From the NCBI GenBank assembly GCA_026982555.1, contig JALSGT010000066.1:1879-65878 (forward strand): a DNA stretch of 64,000 nt. The letters are read 5' to 3'. Below the pieces are notes generated by a model that saw only the letters and a program-made list of their open reading frames with translations, searched no databases and had not been told where the DNA came from. This DNA is from Chromatiales bacterium (GTDB lineage: Bacteria > Pseudomonadota > Gammaproteobacteria > SZUA-152). A program made the position numbers and the translations under genes. This document shows, in pieces, positions 26,247 through 37,461 of the stretch (positions are counted from its first letter, which is position 1; each line of letters opens with the position of its first letter).

Positions 26247-29200
26247 TTAATGTTGTTTAACGTCAATAAGAATGCGAATATTTTCGATGAGCTCCTGTTC
26301 CTGATAGGGTTTGCCCATATATTGGTTAACACCGATATTAAAGGCACGCTGACGATGCTTGTCACCCGTACGAGAAGTAATCATGATTATGGGTATTGTT
26401 TTCAGGCGCTCATCGTTACGCATCGTCGTCGCAAGTTCATAACCATCCATACGTGGCATTTCAACATCCAGCAACATGATGTCGGGAGTTTGCTCAAGCA
26501 TCACCGTGAGTGCATCAACACCATCTTTGGCAGTAATAATGTTGTAGTCATAGCGCTTCAACAGGCGCTCGGTAACCTTGCGCACGGTAATGGAATCATC
26601 GACAATCATCACTGTCGGCATCTGTTTTTCTGCTGCTGCGGCTTCTTCAATACTCGGCATTAACGGCACGGCCTGACCATGCTGTTGTGCCAGAGCGGAG
26701 CGCACCAGATTACCGATATCAAGAATCAATGCGACTTGTCCATCGGGCAAAATCGTCGCACCGGACAATACACTAACAGTACTCAACTGTGGCCCCACAG
26801 ATTTAATCACGATTTCCTGCCGCCCCAGCAGGTTATCTACATGCAGCGCAATACGATGCTCGGCAACACGTATCAGCATTAACGGTACTCGTTGACGCTT
26901 TGCCGGTAGTTGCGGTGTTGTACCCTGTAATACCGTACCAAGATTTAGGTACTGGTATTGCTGCCCGGCATATTCAAAGTACCTTTTTTCATTGCCAATC
27001 AATGGCAACAGTTCGTCACTGCCAACACGCACTACATGTTCAATGTTCGGTAATTGAATGGCATAGGTTGCATCCGCCACTTGCACCATCAAAGCCTGAT
27101 TGACCAATACGGTAAGCGGTAAACGCAGAGTAAACGTAGTGCTCTTGCCTGCTTCGGAATCAATATGTAAAGTGCCGCCCAACTGTTTGACTTCGGTATT
27201 CACCACGTCCAGACCAACACCACGACCGGAAACCTGGGTAACTTCTTCGGCAGTGCTGAAACCGGGTTCGAGAATGAACTTCATGATTTCGGAGTCGCTT
27301 AAATTGGCATCGGCTAACATGCGACCTTTTTCAATCGCTTTTTTGCGCAATGCCTCAAGATTAATGCCAGCACCATCATCCGAAATGGCCAGCACTACCT
27401 CGGAGCCCTCATGCGTAAAGGCAATATGCACATTGCCTTTGGCAGGCTTGCCAGCTTTGGCACGATCATCCGGCATTTCCAGACCGTGACCGATAGCATT
27501 ACGCAGAATATGCTCCAGTGCGGGTACAATACGATTAAGTTGAGTACGATCAATCTCACCTTCATCACCTGTCACGCGCAAGTCCGCATCTTTACCAATC
27601 TCTTTGCACGTTTGACGCATAATACGACGCAAACGTGGCAACACACTGGAGAAGGAAATCATGCGGGTGCGCATCAATCCTTCTTGCAGTTCACTGGTGA
27701 CACGTTGCTGTTGCAGCAACAACACATCCGTTTCACTGGACAAATTATCCAGCAGCGCCTGAATGCTGGTTAAATCCCCAAGACTTTCCACCATACCCCG
27801 GGAAAGCTGTTGCATAGTGGAGAAACGATCCATTTCCAGTGGATCAAAGTCCTCCGTATCAGTAGAGGTGGTCTCATGCCGATACATGATTTGAGTTTCA
27901 GTTTCGATTTCAAACTTGCGCAGCTGTTCCCGTAAACGCAGCACAGTCTGATCCAATTCTGCAAGGTTAAAGCGCGAGGCTCCCAGTTGCTGGGTAATAC
28001 GAGAATTATAAATATTGATTTCGCCCGAATAGTTAACCAGATTGTTCAACAAGTCTGCTCGTACTCGCACCTGCTCATCGCTTGTGGCCACTTTTTTTGT
28101 GGCTTCGGTCTCCTTGCCGACCTGATCAAGTGAAATACTTTCCGTCAGCTCTTCCATTTCTTCCGCAGTCGTCGCTGGTATTGCGGAGGTTTCCGGTAGA
28201 TTCGTTTCTGTTTTAATTTTTGTTTCAACATCGGCTTCGGCAACAACAGAAGTGTCAAAAGGTTTACCGCCAATCGCAGCCTCAAGCTGCGCGAGCAAAC
28301 CGGTCGGCGTGGAAGTGGGCTGTAGTTTACGTGCCGTTTCCAGACCCGTAATCAACCAGTCATGACAGGCTTGAATCACATCGATATGTGCGGACAGGGG
28401 TTCAATACGTCCATCAGCAATACGTTCCAGCAGGGATTCCATCGCATGAGCGAGGTCACCCACCGCCGGCACGTTGGCCATACGGGCACCACCTTTGAGG
28501 GTGTGCAACAAACGTTGCAACTCGGCAACATGGTCAAGCTGGTCGTGTTGAGTCGCCCATTTTTGCAGGGCATTTTCCGTGCTTTCCTGTAATTCATCGG
28601 CCTCTTCAAGGAACACTTCGAGCAGATCCGGGTCGTAATCCACAGCCGCAGAAACCACTCCCGGTTCAGTGTTGGCGATATTTACATCAACTGCCTCACC
28701 AGCCAGTTCTTCAAAAGCACTCTCAGGTAACTCTTCCGGGGAAGTGTCATCGGCAGAAATTATTAATGCATTGATGCTTTCTTCTTCAGGCAATAAATCA
28801 TCATCACTCACCTCATTGACAATGGATTTTTCAGCATCAGACTTATCAATCAGAGGCTCATCAATAACAAGAATGTCACTATCGTCTTTAATTGATTGAC
28901 TTTCCCCAGCCTCCGCTGTTGTTGCTAGACGGATAATTTGCGCACGTAACTCGCTGGGATCTTCCGGTATATCGCCATTACGCACCTGCTGAATAGCAAG
29001 TACCAACCAGTCCAGACCCTGTTGCACCAACTCCGGGAACCCCTCTGAGGCAGGCAAGTGCTGCTCAGTGATATTTTCCAGAAGAGATTCCAGATCATGT
29101 GCTAAATCACCGACGGCAAAAATATTGGCCAAACGTGCCCCCCCTTTCAGGGTGTGTAGCGCACGTTGTAATTCTATGAGTACAGCGTGGTCACCGTCAT

Positions 29201-32200
29201 TGGAGGAAGCCCACTGTTGCATCAGGCCATCGGTAGTGGCCAGAATTTCATCAGCCTCTTCGGTGAAAATCGCAATGAGTTCAGCATCTTCGTCATCAGT
29301 ATCATTAAGCGCTGCTGCCGCTGCAACAAAATTATCCAGGTTCGATGTTTCGGGTGCTTGAGTGGCCAAAACAGTTTCATGCAAAGCAGCGATCTGGCTC
29401 AACAAATCAGACTGATCCGGTGCAACAAAAGCCGTGTCAGCAAAAGTAACGGCAACAGTTTCGATAGCATCCGCAATCTGGCGGAGCAGATTTTGTCCCG
29501 CACTATCCAGGGGAAGTGCTCGCTCATGCATTGCCCGAATCAGTCGATCCATAGGCTCACTGAGTTCAGAAATAGAAATGACATCAGCCATGCGTGCGCT
29601 GCCATGCAGAGTATGCAAGGCACGATGTAAATCATCGTCCACTACGGCTTCATTGCCACCGGCATTAGACAGAAACTCCCGAATGGCACTGATATGCGTT
29701 GTGGTTTCTTTCTGAAAGACTTCGACAAGAGCCGGTTCGCGCACCGGCGCAACGTCAAGTTCTTCGGTAAAGACTTCATCCAGTTCTGCCGAAGGTGTGA
29801 GTTCAAGCGCGATATCCTCTAACTCGCTGATAGAACTCTCCAATGAAAGTGCATCATCAACCTCGGGCATCTCCCCGGAGATGAGCGCATCATCTTCGGG
29901 AGAAACGGAAACATCGAGTGACTGGCTTTCATCTGCTAAAGAAAGATCCAAAGTTGCCAGCAAATCTTCTTCAGGCACGATGTCCGGATCGAATTGTGAC
30001 AGTTCTTCATCTTGAACAGGTGGTGCCGCTTCCATTTCACTCGGCGACACATCAATATCATCCGTAGTACTCATTGCCGTTGGTATGGACACTGAGACAA
30101 TGTCGCTAACATTGAATTCACTACCATTGCTCATAGCGTCGGCTTGTGCGGCCAGCGCCTTGACAGGTGGACGCACATCCGTTTCTTTTTTCAGGTGTGC
30201 CAGTAACCCGCGAACAACCGTTTCTGCCTTATCCAGCAGGGTAAACATGCCAGGGCCAGGCACAATTTTATTGTCCAACACCCGATTAAGCAGGCTTTCA
30301 ATGGACCAGGCAAAATCACCCATCACCATGGCACCCGCCAGGCGACCACTGCCCTTGATGGTGTGATAAGAACGACGCAGGGTTTCCAATGATTTTTTAT
30401 CATCGTTATTGGCACGCCAGGCATGCAGGCAATCCGTCATAGTGCCAAGCACTTCGTCAGCCTCTTCCACAAAAATTTCGAGAATTTCTTCGTCGATATT
30501 TTCTTCCTGATATTCCTCGACGTCAGTCAATGCTTCCTCTGTTGCTGCCGGACTTCCCGATGCAACCTTTCCAGGGGAGATAATTTCTTGCGTTGTTTCG
30601 CTGGAAACATTCGGAAATGATGCGTCCATCACCAGTTTCTGTGTTCGGTTGGGATCATCACTTATGGGGATTTCTGACTCAAGCGATGGGCTGCTGACTG
30701 AACCCGAAGGCTTATTTTCAGTTGGCACGACATCTGTTTCAACATTAATAAGTGCAGAAACAGATTCAACGGGGTGGCCTAATTGTTCCACACTGATTTC
30801 TGCAACCGCCAGCACACTTTCAGGCTGACCGCGACCTTCCTCAATGGCTTCCAGATAATATTCGATACTGGTGATAGCATCGGCAAGATTATCGAGCTTT
30901 GCAGAATCAGGATGAACTTGCGCAGCAATCACATCTTCACGGATAAAGGCATTGGCAGCGCCCAATAATTTTGCCGCCTGTTCAAGACTCATTACTGCCA
31001 GTGCGCCCTGAATTTGTGCAAGCTTTGCAGGAACCTCGGCAATAACATCAAACTGGTTGGGCTCAACTGCAAAGGTATTGAAACCTTCTTTGACATCAGT
31101 AAGTACCGATTTGGCTTCTTTAATAACCAGCTTGGTTATTTGCACTTGTTCGGTGCGTGGCAACAACACTTCGGGAGAATCTGCATCGTCATTGACGGTA
31201 AGATCCGGCGCATCATTTTCAGTATGTGTTTGTTTGGTTTCTTTTAAAGAATCGAGTGAGGACTCGACATAAAGCAATGCGCTGGCAACTTCCATTAAAT
31301 CAGCATCGGCAGGGTCTTCGCCATTTTCAACAAGCTGCTGGAGATGTGTAACCTGACCCTGTATTACTCTGCGCAAATCACCCAGACTGAGCATAGCCAG
31401 AGTATCAGCGGTGCGTGCCAGGTTTTCGGCCAGTGGCGATAATTCACTGGTTTCACGCTCAGTATTACGTACAAAAATATCCAGCTGATCTTTTACGTGC
31501 AATAAATCATCTTTAAGCACAGCGGAAACACTGTCCATAATATCAGCTGTTGAACCCTTGAGCTCATCTTCAGCCTGTTCCATTGAACCGCTATAAGGTA
31601 ATAATTTTTCGAGATTAAAGGCCTGCCTCAACGTGGTAACACGCGGACCTGTCGATGTGGCCGTAGCCGTATAATAAAGACAATTCTTAATCAGGTCAGA
31701 AGATTCAGCGGTATCAATTGCAGATTCTCCATTTTTGATCAAACGTTTGATTTCGCGGTCAACCTGGCCCAGCAACACTTTCAATGCAGAACTGTTTTGC
31801 AAACCGTTATCAATAAGTGATTCAACAATCCCGCCCACAACCCACCAAAGACGTTGAGCAGCAACAGAGTGACAGGCATTTTGTAATTCACGTAACACGG
31901 CGGCCATTTTTTTCAGGCTGCCCGCAGGGTCTTTGTCACGCAACACACCAAGCAATGAAAGCTGATAAATAGGCCGCAGTTTTTTTGCGTAGCTTCGTAT
32001 TTCCGGATAACTTTTCCCCGGCACAAGCCTTTTTTCAGGTGGCAATATTTCTAAATCAGGCGAAAAGAAGGCATTTTCGCTGAGCAGCGGCTCACCTCGT
32101 GCCGCACGCATATCATTAAGCAGAGGCGTCAACACAGCCGGTAAATCAGGGTGGCCATTTTCCAGGCGCTCAAGATAAGCGGGCAATTGCAGCGTGGCAC

Positions 32201-32480
32201 GAATCAGCACCTCAAAAGCATCCTGCTGCTGGGTGATTTGTCCATTGAGCAACGCATTGGCGACTTTTTCCATTTCTTCGGCGAGCAATGCTGCGCCGTA
32301 GATTTCCACCATTTGCAGGGTACCGTAAATCTGGTGCAAGTAGGTTGCACAAAAACGGATTTGCGTAGTGTCACTGGTATCTTCGATAAACGCTTCCAGC
32401 GCCTGATGTGTTTGATTCAGGCTTTCCTGGATTTCATCTTTGACCCACGTCAGTGTGGTGTAATCGAGTTGTTCACCCAT
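26247..32480 (-). CDS. chpA: ChpA, multi-Hpt CheA-type histidine kinase with C-terminal CheW and receiver domains (2077 aa)
   Basis: There are four canonical Hpt motifs (RSYHTIKGSGRLAG, RALHTLHGSARMAD, RALHTLKGGARLAN, RLLHTLKGGARMAN) and about four degenerate Hpt-like modules. The HATPase N/G boxes are ALEHILRNAIGHGLE, DDGAGIN and GRGVGLD. A CheW domain follows, then a receiver (MIVDDS…LLDVEMPRMDG…GKP). Confidence 0.92.
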   Translation of the reverse strand: MGEQLDYTTLTWVKDEIQESLNQTHQALEAFIEDTSDTTQIRFCATYLHQIYGTLQMVEIYGAALLAEEMEKVANALLNGQITQQQDAFEVLIRATLQLPAYLERLENGHPDLPAVLTPLLNDMRAARGEPLLSENAFFSPDLEILPPEKRLVPGKSYPEIRSYAKKLRPIYQLSLLGVLRDKDPAGSLKKMAAVLRELQNACHSVAAQRLWWVVGGIVESLIDNGLQNSSALKVLLGQVDREIKRLIKNGESAIDTAESSDLIKNCLYYTATATSTGPRVTTLRQAFNLEKLLPYSGSMEQAEDELKGSTADIMDSVSAVLKDDLLHVKDQLDIFVRNTERETSELSPLAENLARTADTLAMLSLGDLRRVIQGQVTHLQQLVENGEDPADADLMEVASALLYVESSLDSLKETKQTHTENDAPDLTVNDDADSPEVLLPRTEQVQITKLVIKEAKSVLTDVKEGFNTFAVEPNQFDVIAEVPAKLAQIQGALAVMSLEQAAKLLGAANAFIREDVIAAQVHPDSAKLDNLADAITSIEYYLEAIEEGRGQPESVLAVAEISVEQLGHPVESVSALINVETDVVPTENKPSGSVSSPSLESEIPISDDPNRTQKLVMDASFPNVSSETTQEIISPGKVASGSPAATEEALTDVEEYQEENIDEEILEIFVEEADEVLGTMTDCLHAWRANNDDKKSLETLRRSYHTIKGSGRLAGAMVMGDFAWSIESLLNRVLDNKIVPGPGMFTLLDKAETVVRGLLAHLKKETDVRPPVKALAAQADAMSNGSEFNVSDIVSVSIPTAMSTTDDIDVSPSEMEAAPPVQDEELSQFDPDIVPEEDLLATLDLSLADESQSLDVSVSPEDDALISGEMPEVDDALSLESSISELEDIALELTPSAELDEVFTEELDVAPVREPALVEVFQKETTTHISAIREFLSNAGGNEAVVDDDLHRALHTLHGSARMADVISISELSEPMDRLIRAMHERALPLDSAGQNLLRQIADAIETVAVTFADTAFVAPDQSDLLSQIAALHETVLATQAPETSNLDNFVAAAAALNDTDDEDAELIAIFTEEADEILATTDGLMQQWASSNDGDHAVLIELQRALHTLKGGARLANIFAVGDLAHDLESLLENITEQHLPASEGFPELVQQGLDWLVLAIQQVRNGDIPEDPSELRAQIIRLATTAEAGESQSIKDDSDILVIDEPLIDKSDAEKSIVNEVSDDDLLPEEESINALIISADDTSPEELPESAFEELAGEAVDVNIANTEPGVVSAAVDYDPDLLEVFLEEADELQESTENALQKWATQHDQLDHVAELQRLLHTLKGGARMANVPAVGDLAHAMESLLERIADGRIEPLSAHIDVIQACHDWLITGLETARKLQPTSTPTGLLAQLEAAIGGKPFDTSVVAEADVETKIKTETNLPETSAIPATTAEEMEELTESISLDQVGKETEATKKVATSDEQVRVRADLLNNLVNYSGEINIYNSRITQQLGASRFNLAELDQTVLRLREQLRKFEIETETQIMYRHETTSTDTEDFDPLEMDRFSTMQQLSRGMVESLGDLTSIQALLDNLSSETDVLLLQQQRVTSELQEGLMRTRMISFSSVLPRLRRIMRQTCKEIGKDADLRVTGDEGEIDRTQLNRIVPALEHILRNAIGHGLEMPDDRAKAGKPAKGNVHIAFTHEGSEVVLAISDDGAGINLEALRKKAIEKGRMLADANLSDSEIMKFILEPGFSTAEEVTQVSGRGVGLDVVNTEVKQLGGTLHIDSEAGKSTTFTLRLPLTVLVNQALMVQVADATYAIQLPNIEHVVRVGSDELLPLIGNEKRYFEYAGQQYQYLNLGTVLQGTTPQLPAKRQRVPLMLIRVAEHRIALHVDNLLGRQEIVIKSVGPQLSTVSVLSGATILPDGQVALILDIGNLVRSALAQQHGQAVPLMPSIEEAAAAEKQMPTVMIVDDSITVRKVTERLLKRYDYNIITAKDGVDALTVMLEQTPDIMLLDVEMPRMDGYELATTMRNDERLKTIPIIMITSRTGDKHRQRAFNIGVNQYMGKPYQEQELIENIRILIDVKQH

Positions 32481-32495
32481 AATGATTTTGCGCGC

Positions 32496-33419
32496 CTATG
32501 CGTCGAGACCGTCGTGGCCATCAAGAATGTTTTGTTGGCGTTTGAAGGCCAAGGTGTTTGCGTAAGTGAATCGTGTGACATCGGGATGTTCCCAATTCAG
32601 TAATTCACCTACACCGAGTATCAACAGACCGCCGGGTTGTAAATGGTCGGCCAGGGTATTGGCAATATCAATACGCTGCTCTTTGTCAAAATAAATCAAC
32701 AAATTCTGACAGACAATAATATCCATTTTGCCAATGGGTGCTGCACCAATATCAAGAATATTCAAATGATTAAAACAAACACGTTTCCGCAGCTCTTCAT
32801 TAATCTGAAACTTGTCATCTTCGGTAACGGTAAAATAATTATTGAGCCATTCTGGCTCTATAGCTTTAATTTGCTGGCGGGTATAAATACCTTTGCGTCC
32901 GTGCGCCAAGGCACTACGGCTGATATCGCTGGCGGTAACACCCAGGTAATACTGGCAGTTGAGTTGTCGCATATGATCATCAACAGCCATGGCAATACTA
33001 TAGGGCTCTTCACCCGTGGAACAACCTACGCTCCAGACATTGATGGTAACAGGTGAAGCTACACACTCATCATGTCGAAGCGGCAGATATTTTTCGCAAA
33101 TCAGCGCAAGCACACTTTCCTGCCGCAAAAAGCGGGTTTCATGCACGGTGAGGTGATGCACTAGCTGATCCCATTCAATCGCACCTTCGCGCCCATTTTG
33201 CACATAATCAAAATAGGTCTGGAAATTATTAATCCCCAGCGCACGCATGCGCATGCCAAGATTGGTGACTAAAAATGAAATACGATTATCGGGTAAACGC
33301 ATGCCAGTGCGGTTTTTCAACAAAACAGCCCATTGCTGGAACTGTTCAGGCTCCATTTGCGGCAGACGCTTAACCACCAGTTCTTCATAACCGGGTAGAT
33401 ATTCCATATTCGGCTTCAT
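32496..33419 (-). CDS. pilK: CheR-type chemotaxis methyltransferase PilK
   Basis: It shows the CheR pattern (VWSVGCSTGEEPYSIAM, DIIVCQNLLIYFD) and sits between pilJ and chpA. Confidence 0.85.
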   Translation of the reverse strand: MKPNMEYLPGYEELVVKRLPQMEPEQFQQWAVLLKNRTGMRLPDNRISFLVTNLGMRMRALGINNFQTYFDYVQNGREGAIEWDQLVHHLTVHETRFLRQESVLALICEKYLPLRHDECVASPVTINVWSVGCSTGEEPYSIAMAVDDHMRQLNCQYYLGVTASDISRSALAHGRKGIYTRQQIKAIEPEWLNNYFTVTEDDKFQINEELRKRVCFNHLNILDIGAAPIGKMDIIVCQNLLIYFDKEQRIDIANTLADHLQPGGLLILGVGELLNWEHPDVTRFTYANTLAFKRQQNILDGHDGLDA

Positions 33420-33468
33420 ATAAAATATAACCGTTTAATCGGGATAAGTCGCAAGGTACTGATACCGA

Positions 33469-35490
33469 TCAATCCGGCAATTTGAAGCCGGCTACCGATT
33501 TGCGTAGCTCGTTCGACAAGTCTGCCAGATTACCGATGGATGCCGATGTTTCATTGGTACCCGCCGATGTCTGCGTAGTAACCTCCTGGATCACATTCAT
33601 ACTTTCCGAGATACTGGAAGCAGCCGTGGCCTGTTGCTGTGCAGAATCTGAAATGGATGTAGTGAGATCGGCCAGATGAGTTGACACCCCTTCAATCTCT
33701 GCCAGTGAATCACCGGCATTCAGTGCAAGTTTGGCCCCTTCCACCACCTGCGTAGTGGACTGCTCCATGGAGGCAACCGCTTCATTGGTATCGGATTGGA
33801 TGGTTTTCACCAGGGCTTCGATCTGTCGTGTCGCATCAGTGGATTTTTCAGCAAGTCGCTGCACTTCATCGGCAACCACCGCAAAACCACGACCCGACTC
33901 ACCGGCCATCGCAGCCTGTATAGCAGCATTCAAAGCAAGAATATTGGTTTGGTCAGCAATGTCGTTAATCAGCTCAACCATATCACCGATTTCCTGCGAG
34001 CTTTCTCCCAGGCGTTTGATACGTTTTGAGGTTTCCTGGATTTGTTCACGAATTGTGTCCATACCACGAATGGTATCCTGTACAGCAGCAGCACCTTTTT
34101 TCGCAATATCCACAGAACGTGTTGCCACTTCCGAAGATTCAGAGGCATTACCGGATACTGTATCGATGGAAATGGCCATCTCATTAATAGCAGCAGACGC
34201 GGCGGTTATCTGCTCCGCCTGATGGTCACTGGCCTCAGCAAGATGCATGGCCGTAGCCTGTGTTTCCTGTGCAGCAGACGATACCTGCACCGTCGTTTCG
34301 TTAATGGTCGATACCAATCGACGCAACTGATCAATGGTATAATTGATAGCATCTGCAATGGCGCCGGTAATGTCTTCCGTCACTGTGGCGGAGGTTGTGA
34401 GGTCACCATTGGCAAGATCACCAATTTCATCCAGGAGCCGCATGATAGCATCCTGGTTTTGTTTGTTTTGCTGCGCCGTTATCGTCAAACGCTTACGGGT
34501 ATCTGTCTGTATTTTAACACCCAGCCAGATAAGAATGAACAACGCGGCCGCACTCAACAGATTACCTGTCGTATTAGTCACAAAACGCTCATTGCCTAAC
34601 CGGGTATAGGTGTTGCGTAATTCCGTAGTGGCATTGAGCAAAGCTTCACTTTTTGCCGCCATATCACTTGACGCTTTTTGCGCCTCAAACAGTGCCGGAG
34701 TTTGTTCAAGAATGCGGCCAACCAATTCATGGACGGTTTCAAATTGCTCCGCCACTTCTTTCAGTTTTTCACGCGCATCCGGGTCAGACACCCGGCGTAT
34801 ATTCATTTTGCGGTTACCTTTTAACATGCCGTCCAGCACCCGGCCAAACAACGCAGCATCACGTCCAAAACGTTCAGCTGCCGCAGAAGAGCCTGCACCA
34901 CCTGCCAGCACTTTGTTTGCATTAACTGAAATACGCGGCACCAACATAAGTTGGCGACTGGCAATGTAAATCTGGCTGGAGTTCGCACCAGCTTCAATCA
35001 TCAGGCTGACCACTTCATCAGAAAGCGCCAACAAGTTGGGCATGGTTTCATTCACCGCACCAACAAATTCACTCAACATGCGAATAGTGCCTTCAGCGCG
35101 TAGAACAGTGTCAGCATTTTTGCCAAAAATTTTCCAGAGTGCTTCGACTGCTGCCAAATTGTCCTGCGCTGTAGCTGGGGAGGGAGGTAAGCCGGTTTCA
35201 GGATTCCCTTCACGCAACAAATTAAGGTTGTTTTCAAATTGATTGCGGGTCTGCTTTAAAAGCCGGAATGCCGATACCGTGGCACTGGATGATTCCACAG
35301 CATTTTTCACGATACTCTGTGAGAGAACACGCTGCTCACCCGCCAGGCTGATGTATTCTTTATCGTAATCAGTTTGTGTTCCGACGTAAAAAAATGTTGC
35401 GGCAGCCAGTGCCAACAGGATCAGGAGCGTCCCACCCAGTAGCAGTAGGCCTGTGTCTGCGGAAAATTTTGAATCAGATGCTGTTTTCAT
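33469..35490 (-). CDS. pilJ: methyl-accepting chemotaxis protein PilJ
   Basis: The periplasmic region is PilJ-type ([12 protein letters not shown]…; [10 protein letters not shown]). HAMP follows, then the highly conserved MCP signalling hairpin ([40 protein letters not shown]). Confidence 0.9.
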   Translation of the reverse strand: MKTASDSKFSADTGLLLLGGTLLILLALAAATFFYVGTQTDYDKEYISLAGEQRVLSQSIVKNAVESSSATVSAFRLLKQTRNQFENNLNLLREGNPETGLPPSPATAQDNLAAVEALWKIFGKNADTVLRAEGTIRMLSEFVGAVNETMPNLLALSDEVVSLMIEAGANSSQIYIASRQLMLVPRISVNANKVLAGGAGSSAAAERFGRDAALFGRVLDGMLKGNRKMNIRRVSDPDAREKLKEVAEQFETVHELVGRILEQTPALFEAQKASSDMAAKSEALLNATTELRNTYTRLGNERFVTNTTGNLLSAAALFILIWLGVKIQTDTRKRLTITAQQNKQNQDAIMRLLDEIGDLANGDLTTSATVTEDITGAIADAINYTIDQLRRLVSTINETTVQVSSAAQETQATAMHLAEASDHQAEQITAASAAINEMAISIDTVSGNASESSEVATRSVDIAKKGAAAVQDTIRGMDTIREQIQETSKRIKRLGESSQEIGDMVELINDIADQTNILALNAAIQAAMAGESGRGFAVVADEVQRLAEKSTDATRQIEALVKTIQSDTNEAVASMEQSTTQVVEGAKLALNAGDSLAEIEGVSTHLADLTTSISDSAQQQATAASSISESMNVIQEVTTQTSAGTNETSASIGNLADLSNELRKSVAGFKLPD

Positions 35491-35577
35491 CGTGCTCGGC
35501 TCCTGGCCCCATAAATTTTGGCGTTCAATATGAGACTGTGTGTGTTATAGGTAATGTAATTTATTGTTACGTAACTG

Positions 35578-36144
35578 TTAAACTGCGACCTTATAGAACT
35601 GCGGGTCTTCGATCAGTGTAGACATATCAAATAAATGCCAGATTTTTTCATTTTGTTTGAATGCACCACGAATATGTATTTTCATTGCCGGGTGCATTTT
35701 CCGAATGCGCGTTACCCGGTCTTCCGGATCAAAATGGCGCAGACCAGTGACTTCATCAACCAGCAAGCCTACAATCAATTCACCCTGGTTAATGACCAGA
35801 ATACGTGACTGTTGCTGCAAATGAATAGCAGGCTGCCCCAAATAATTTTGTAAATCCACAACCGGCAACAATGTGCCGCGAATGTTCGCGAGCCCCTTTA
35901 TCCACGGCAAAGTACCTGGCACCAATGTCAGATTCGGGAAATGCAAAATTTCGTTAACCTGGGTAAGTGGTGCAACCATCTCAACATCACCAAGACGAAA
36001 ACCGATGCCACTCCACAGGGCGCGGGTTTCAGTTTGCTGCGGTAAACCTTTTGCATTATTTTTGCTTTGTTCCTCCAGCGATTGCAGGAGATCAAAGGGA
36101 TGTATTTTGTTATCCACGTTTCCGGTATTCGTCGTGATGGACAA
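35578..36144 (-). CDS. pilI: CheW-like protein PilI
   Basis: It is a CheW domain (…IKGLANIRGTLLPVVDL…). Its start abuts the pilH stop. Confidence 0.85.
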   Translation of the reverse strand: MSITTNTGNVDNKIHPFDLLQSLEEQSKNNAKGLPQQTETRALWSGIGFRLGDVEMVAPLTQVNEILHFPNLTLVPGTLPWIKGLANIRGTLLPVVDLQNYLGQPAIHLQQQSRILVINQGELIVGLLVDEVTGLRHFDPEDRVTRIRKMHPAMKIHIRGAFKQNEKIWHLFDMSTLIEDPQFYKVAV

Positions 36145-36510
36145 TCAGACGCCAAGCAAGCTGTTGATTTTACTGATCAGCTCTTTTTCATTGGCGGGCT
36201 TGGTTACATAATCTTTTGCACCTTGACGCAGACCCCACATTTTATCCGTTTCCTGGCCTTTGGTGCTGACAATAATAATCGGGATGTCACTGGTTTCTGA
36301 ATCTGAGGAAATCTGGCGCGCGGCTTGAAAGCCATTCATGCCAGGCATCACCACGTCCATAAGAATCAGGTCAGGCTTACCCGTCTTGGCTTTGTCCACG
36401 CCCTCTTCACCACAACTGGCCGTCGCAATGGAAAAGCCATGTTTTTCCAGCATGGAAGTCAATACATGAATTTCAGTGGGTGAATCATCTACGATCAGGA
36501 TGTTTGCCAT
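36145..36510 (-). CDS. pilH: single-domain response regulator PilH
   Basis: It is a 121-aa receiver (MANILIVDDS…DLILMDVVMPGMNG…KP). Confidence 0.9.
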   Translation of the reverse strand: MANILIVDDSPTEIHVLTSMLEKHGFSIATASCGEEGVDKAKTGKPDLILMDVVMPGMNGFQAARQISSDSETSDIPIIIVSTKGQETDKMWGLRQGAKDYVTKPANEKELISKINSLLGV

Positions 36511-36582
36511 GGAATGCCTCTCCGGGTTTCAATGTTTAGTCGAACATGCAAGGCGGAACAAAAAGTAATAACCCTATGCATG

Positions 36583-36987
36583 TTATTGATGTTCTGCCAA
36601 ATGTTCTTTTATGGCGCTTAACAACTCATCTTTGGTAAAGGGCTTTGTCAGATAACGGTCAGAACCGACGATGCGCCCACGGGCCCGGTCAAACAAGCCG
36701 TCTTTACTGGTTAACAAAATCACAGGGGTATTCTTGTAGTTATGATTTTTTTTGATCAGTGCGCAGGTTTGATAACCATCCAGGCGTGGCATCATGATAT
36801 CAACAAAAATGACATCCGGGTTTTGGTCGGTAATTTTTGCCAATGCCTCAAAACCATCCGTCGCAGTCACCACAGCACAACCCGCTTTTTTCAGCAGCGT
36901 TTCTGCCGTACGGCGGATGGTTTTACTGTCATCAATGACCATCACTTTGACGCCTTCCAGGCTGATTTCTTCTGTATCGCTCGGCAC
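36583..36987 (-). CDS. pilG: single-domain response regulator PilG
   Basis: The sequence is very close to P. aeruginosa PilG as I recall it (VMVIDDSKTIRRTAETLLKK…FVDIMMPRLDGYQTCALIK…GRIVGSDRYLTKPF). I set the start at GTG 36987, downstream of GAGGTGGAG. The ORF-track start at 37041 is probably an over-extension. Confidence 0.88.
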   Translation of the reverse strand: MPSDTEEISLEGVKVMVIDDSKTIRRTAETLLKKAGCAVVTATDGFEALAKITDQNPDVIFVDIMMPRLDGYQTCALIKKNHNYKNTPVILLTSKDGLFDRARGRIVGSDRYLTKPFTKDELLSAIKEHLAEHQ

Positions 36988-37461
36988 CACTCCACCTCTA
37001 ATGATTGGGTTGCAGTCTCTCGTGAGTCCAAGGCAGCACATTTTAGTCGCGCCGTCTAAACCCAGAAAATGTATTGTAAGGAAAAAGCCATTTGCAGGCT
37101 GGCTTCCATTATCGCACCCCTTAGGGGTTGACGGGAAATTAATGGTTCCTGGTCAGGCACTTCATACGCGCGTTGCGTTGACGAGATGCACTGCCGGGAA
37201 CTCGCCTGTTAAATCAAAGGTATTGTCCCGTTTATTTATCACATTATTCAAGTACAATCCATAAGTGCCTGCCACTCAAGACTATATTGGCAAGGCGGGC
37301 AGCTCATGCAAACTATCGGCCAGGGTTACGGATACTTAAAGGCCAGTCATTTTTTTGTGGGGAACAGCATTTTCCCATCACAACGACCGGTTATAACTTA
37401 TTTTCAGAATAAAAGTGGTGTTTTTTTAATCAATGTGCTTTAAAAACAAACAAATCATTCA

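Noticed and set aside
26250-32603. More than 25 ORFs of 60-150 aa on the plus strand inside chpA (e.g. 27100-27489, 29187-29630, 32151-32603)
   Set aside because: All are antisense to a long, motif-rich and clearly real gene. Their products are low-complexity Ser/Ala/Cys-rich strings mirroring the acidic linkers of ChpA, and none has a ribosome-binding site I could see.
37042-37461. 420-bp pilG/gshB divergent spacer examined for an sRNA or small gene
   Set aside because: It contains only short palindromes (e.g. acccc-tta-ggggt) and A/T-rich promoter-like stretches. I saw no convincing ORF, terminator or GGA-rich (Rsm-type) pattern.
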